DNA of 64,000 nucleotides, from the NCBI RefSeq assembly GCF_009914755.1, contig NC_060937.1; one strand, given 5' to 3'. How positions within the stretch are numbered: position 1 is the stretch's first letter; each line of letters starts with the position of its first letter. Shown piece by piece: positions 60,327 through 64,000 of the stretch. Under the pieces are notes generated by a model, which saw nothing but the letters and a program-made list of their open reading frames with translations, was not told where the DNA came from and ran no database searches. The position numbers and the translations under genes were made by a program. Source of the DNA: the human T2T-CHM13v2.0 reference genome, Homo sapiens.

Positions 60327-61849
60327 TTATTTTTGAATAAGTCTAAAATAAAAGAAATGCCTTAACTTCAATAATAAGCTGTGGTTTAGAAATAATGTAG
60401 TCATTGAGAAGTCATGTAAACAATAGAAAGAAGGCCAAAAAATTTTTCATGCCATTCTTCAAACCACGAATGTCATTTTGTTTAAGCCCTATGCAAGCAA
60501 CTCTATGCAATTATTTATTAATAAACAATGACAACAACACTATCATAAAGGTTTGAGAATTATCATGATAATTACATACAGTAGCAGAAAAACATCAGAC
60601 AGAAAAAAACAAACAAAATAAAAACTACTTAGCAATGACCCATTCAATCATAAACTTAGAAAAGCAATTGGAGTCACAAAATAATTTATTTTTTTTATTT
60701 TAAGGGAGCACCAATTCAAATCATTCCAGCTACTTTAAAATAGCTATTTTTGTGTATTTATAAATGCTACAGGGGTAAAATATATAAATTTCACTTTCTC
60801 TTTTCATAATACCAATACTTACAGAGATAATATGATTACATGCATGCAATTTACTTCTTTAGTTTCAAAATCTGTACATTTTAGCCTCAATTGAAGTTAA
60901 TCATAGTATTTCTCTTGTAAATATTTTTAAATTATTATGACTATAAAATTGTATTTGTGAATAAATGAGTTCACTTTTATACTTTTTGTAAAATATATGT
61001 TTTTGATTATCAACATACATAATAAATATTAAAAAAATATATGATTAACATACTTATAAACAGATTTTCTCTTAAATTACTAAAATAGAGATGTTGGGTT
61101 ATTAGGAAAACACACAAAAGCAATGTAATTTTTACAGAGTTTTTTCAAGGTAAGTTAAAATATGTCAACCTTCTTTATTTTGGCTGTACACAATACAAAT
61201 GCCTATCCTTTTCTAATTTTCACATATTTTGCAATATATTAATATCCCTAGGGAATCTCTTTAGTAAAAAATGTACAACATTGACTAGGTATGAAAGAAA
61301 TATAATCTATATATTATCATAGAATTTTTAAGAATTTTTTTATGGTTTCATTTTTCAGTTCCAGGTGAGATAGGTAACCTCTTTATGTGTAGATTATTAA
61401 TAATATACCTTGATCTATCAATGAAATTATGGTGGTTCTTAAGTGATTAAAATTAAAATAACAGAGTGCTGCACTCTTTACATTTTAAGCCATTTTCAAA
61501 GAACAAGTGAACAGGAAATACTCTCAAAATCAATCTTTGAAGAAAAAATATAATTATGGTGTTAGTGCTGCTCTATAGACTATTTTGTGAAGATTTAAAT
61601 TTCTGAGGCTCAAAGTGTTCATTGATGTCTGAACCAATGAATCAGTAATGGCTACCGCTTTAGTCAGATGGCATCTCTAATTGCACATATAGATAATCAA
61701 TAGAATAAGTGAAAAAATGAGCACACAAACTGTCATTAAGATCCAGGGAAATTAGTAATTCAGCATTCTAGTAGAAAGTCACTCCTTAAGTCACATTCAC
61801 AATGTGACAATGTGAATTTGGATAGTAAGTTAATTTCCATATTTTACAG

Positions 61850-62160
61850 ATTGAAGCAGTATCACCTAATAGAATAAACGAGCAGTATCACCTAATAAAA
61901 ATCAGAATTTTGGAATCAGATATTTTTGAATTTGCAGTTTGTCTCCAATATTTGCTATCTGACATTGTGGAAATTACTTAATATATCCAGGTCTAAATTT
62001 TCTGACCTATATAATGCTATATAATGGAATAAAGCTATTATCTACCCGATTGGGTACTTTTGAGGATCAAATGAGAGTGCTTTAAAAAAAAAAAAGAAAA
62101 AAAAACTTTGTATAGCTGCTGGGACATATTATGCACTCAAAATTGATTTTATTATCTTTT
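61850..62160 (+). mobile_element. MIR with a 17-bp direct duplication at its start
   Basis: tttggaatcaga, ttgaggatcaaatgag; agcagtatcacctaata at 61855 and 61881. Confidence 0.65.
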
Positions 62161-62786
62161 ACAACCTGAAAATTAAAGATAACAGTAGACCTACTTACAT
62201 CCAAGGATTCTTGTCAATATTAACACAAGGACAGGGAATGAAAAATTACCTTCAGAAAATTAGAATAGTAATCACTTAGCTTTGGAACACTGACCTTTTG
62301 TTTCCTATTCATTCTTTTTTCTTTAGATGCCTAACTGTTGTTTTAAAACTAGGATTATCTCCACCATGGTAATTTTTGTTATACTTTTCTTGTTGATTTT
62401 TTTTTCTTTGTTGCCTCAGATGTTAATTTCACCCTTCCTAGCTAGTTAAGGCCTGACAATTCTGGGGAAAACCAAACAACAAAACTCCAACATTCAGTCT
62501 TCTAGTAAGATTTCAGACATAAATTCATCATTTTTATCTCTTCAGATATCTGCTTTTGCTTTTCTCTGTATGTTTTACAAACAATTATAAGTTCTTAAAC
62601 ATCTATTTCCACTTAACTGCTCCACGATTTTTCATATGGCTTCTATTATGCCATCTTGATTGAAAACTCACACTCTCACCTGCATAGCTAGTGTGTTTTC
62701 CTGGATATCCTATCTTACACATTTTCAGAAGAAAATATACTGTCACAGCTTTTATAGATTGTATGAAAGAATCACATTTATATAAA

Positions 62787-63086
62787 ATCGGCCCTTTGTA
62801 TCCTCGGTTCTGCATCTGCAGATTTAACCAGCCATGGATTAAAATTATTGAAAAATAATAATAATAATCTGAAAATTAAAACCAATACTGTATCAACACA
62901 ATTTACATAGCATTTATATTACATTAAGCATTATAAATCATCTGGAGATTATTTAAAGAATATGGTGAATGAACATAGGTTATATGCATATACACTATTT
63001 TAAATAAGAAGCTTGAACATCCCTGGATTTTGGTATTCTTGGGAATCCTGGAAGAAATCTGCTGAGTATACTGAGGGATGATTCTA
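62787..63086 (-). mobile_element. MER2 (Tigger-family MITE)
   Basis: tcggccctttgtatcc..ggttctgcatctgcagatttaacca, atctggagattatttaaag, ataggttatatgca, ggattttggtat, atactgagggatga. Confidence 0.88.
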
Positions 63087-64000
63087 CTTTCTTTGATTTT
63101 CCTAACAGTTCGTGTGTTTCTATCAAAAGATGTTTGTGAACATTAGTTCTTCCTTTTTCAGAGAATTCATAAGCTTACACTCTCATCTTGGGAAAAAAAA
63201 AAAAAAAAAACAAAAACAGTATTCATGTGGCTGCTGTCTCTGCCTCTTGCCTCCTGGTAGAATAGAAACACATCCTCTTAGAAAATATAAAAAATAAAAG
63301 TTACTGTAATATACATATATATGTAATGTTGGCACTGATTATTTTAATTTCTTTATGTGTTATTTTCATATGTATTGGCAAAAAAAAAACCCTACCATCT
63401 CAGGTTCAATACAGGAAAGGGTTCAGATCGTTAAATTTTGACCCAATGAATATTGACAATGAGGGAATTTCAGAAGACAATACTTGGTGACAATAGGCAT
63501 TAGGAAATATAGACAGACGGTCCAGTGCATAGCCCAGAAAATAATTACTGGATGTCAGATGCAAGTCGAGGCCTCCAATTAACTGAGTGTGGGGAAAAGG
63601 TTTGAGTATTAGACAGAACTTTTATACTAGGAAGAATCTGGGGATATTAAAGGAAGATCTCAGTTTTGTGGACCAGATTATTATGGGTGAATAAAAAGGA
63701 CAGATAATGAATGCTACAACTCAGTGTTCTTACAGGTACTCAAATCCACCTGCTATTTACTAACTTTCATTGAAATTCAATTGGCAAAAATGTAACTCTT
63801 AGGCAGAAGAGAATCCTGGGAGTTGTGGCTAGTTTTAGTTAGTGAGTTATTAGATGTGTTATTCTGGACAGCACATACCACCAACTGAATACCTGAAATC
63901 AAACATGGGCAATGCAAATACAAGAATAATGACAGAATAACAGGTCTATATGGGATTTATTGTTAATGCTACTTTTTAGTAGACAGTGCTATCCAACACA

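Noticed and set aside
63390-64000. Possible ancient retroelement coding remnant at the window end
   Set aside because: I could not recognise a family or a protein motif; needs a Dfam or translated search.

Overview
AT-rich, CpG-depleted, non-coding primate genomic DNA, probably human or ape given the AluY, young L1PA and LTR12 elements. It is intergenic or deep-intronic. I find no supportable protein-coding gene, RNA gene or CRISPR array: every ORF in the supplied track is an Alu, LTR or simple-repeat translation or a chance AT-rich frame. The window is a mosaic of about 15 Alu elements, L1 fragments of several ages, ERV1/MaLR/ERVL LTRs (including a CpG-rich LTR12C-like solo LTR nested in a THE1/MST LTR), MIR/L2 relics and DNA-transposon MITEs. 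I cannot support a new gene system. The most unusual signals are structural: (1) two homogeneous minisatellites built from palindromic units, a 26-bp GATA-site inverted-repeat array at 3950-4146 and a 33-bp array with a 26-bp perfect palindrome and symmetric tip deletions at 58203-58780; (2) an old twin-primed inverted L1 whose target-site duplication (TSD) was re-used by an Alu; (3) an AluY/AluS chimera inside one TSD; (4) a both-ends-intact but internally collapsed L1 with a locally duplicated segment; (5) several small hairpin/duplication patchworks. Repeat family names are from recalled consensus sequences, not from a search, and boundaries of old repeats are approximate.
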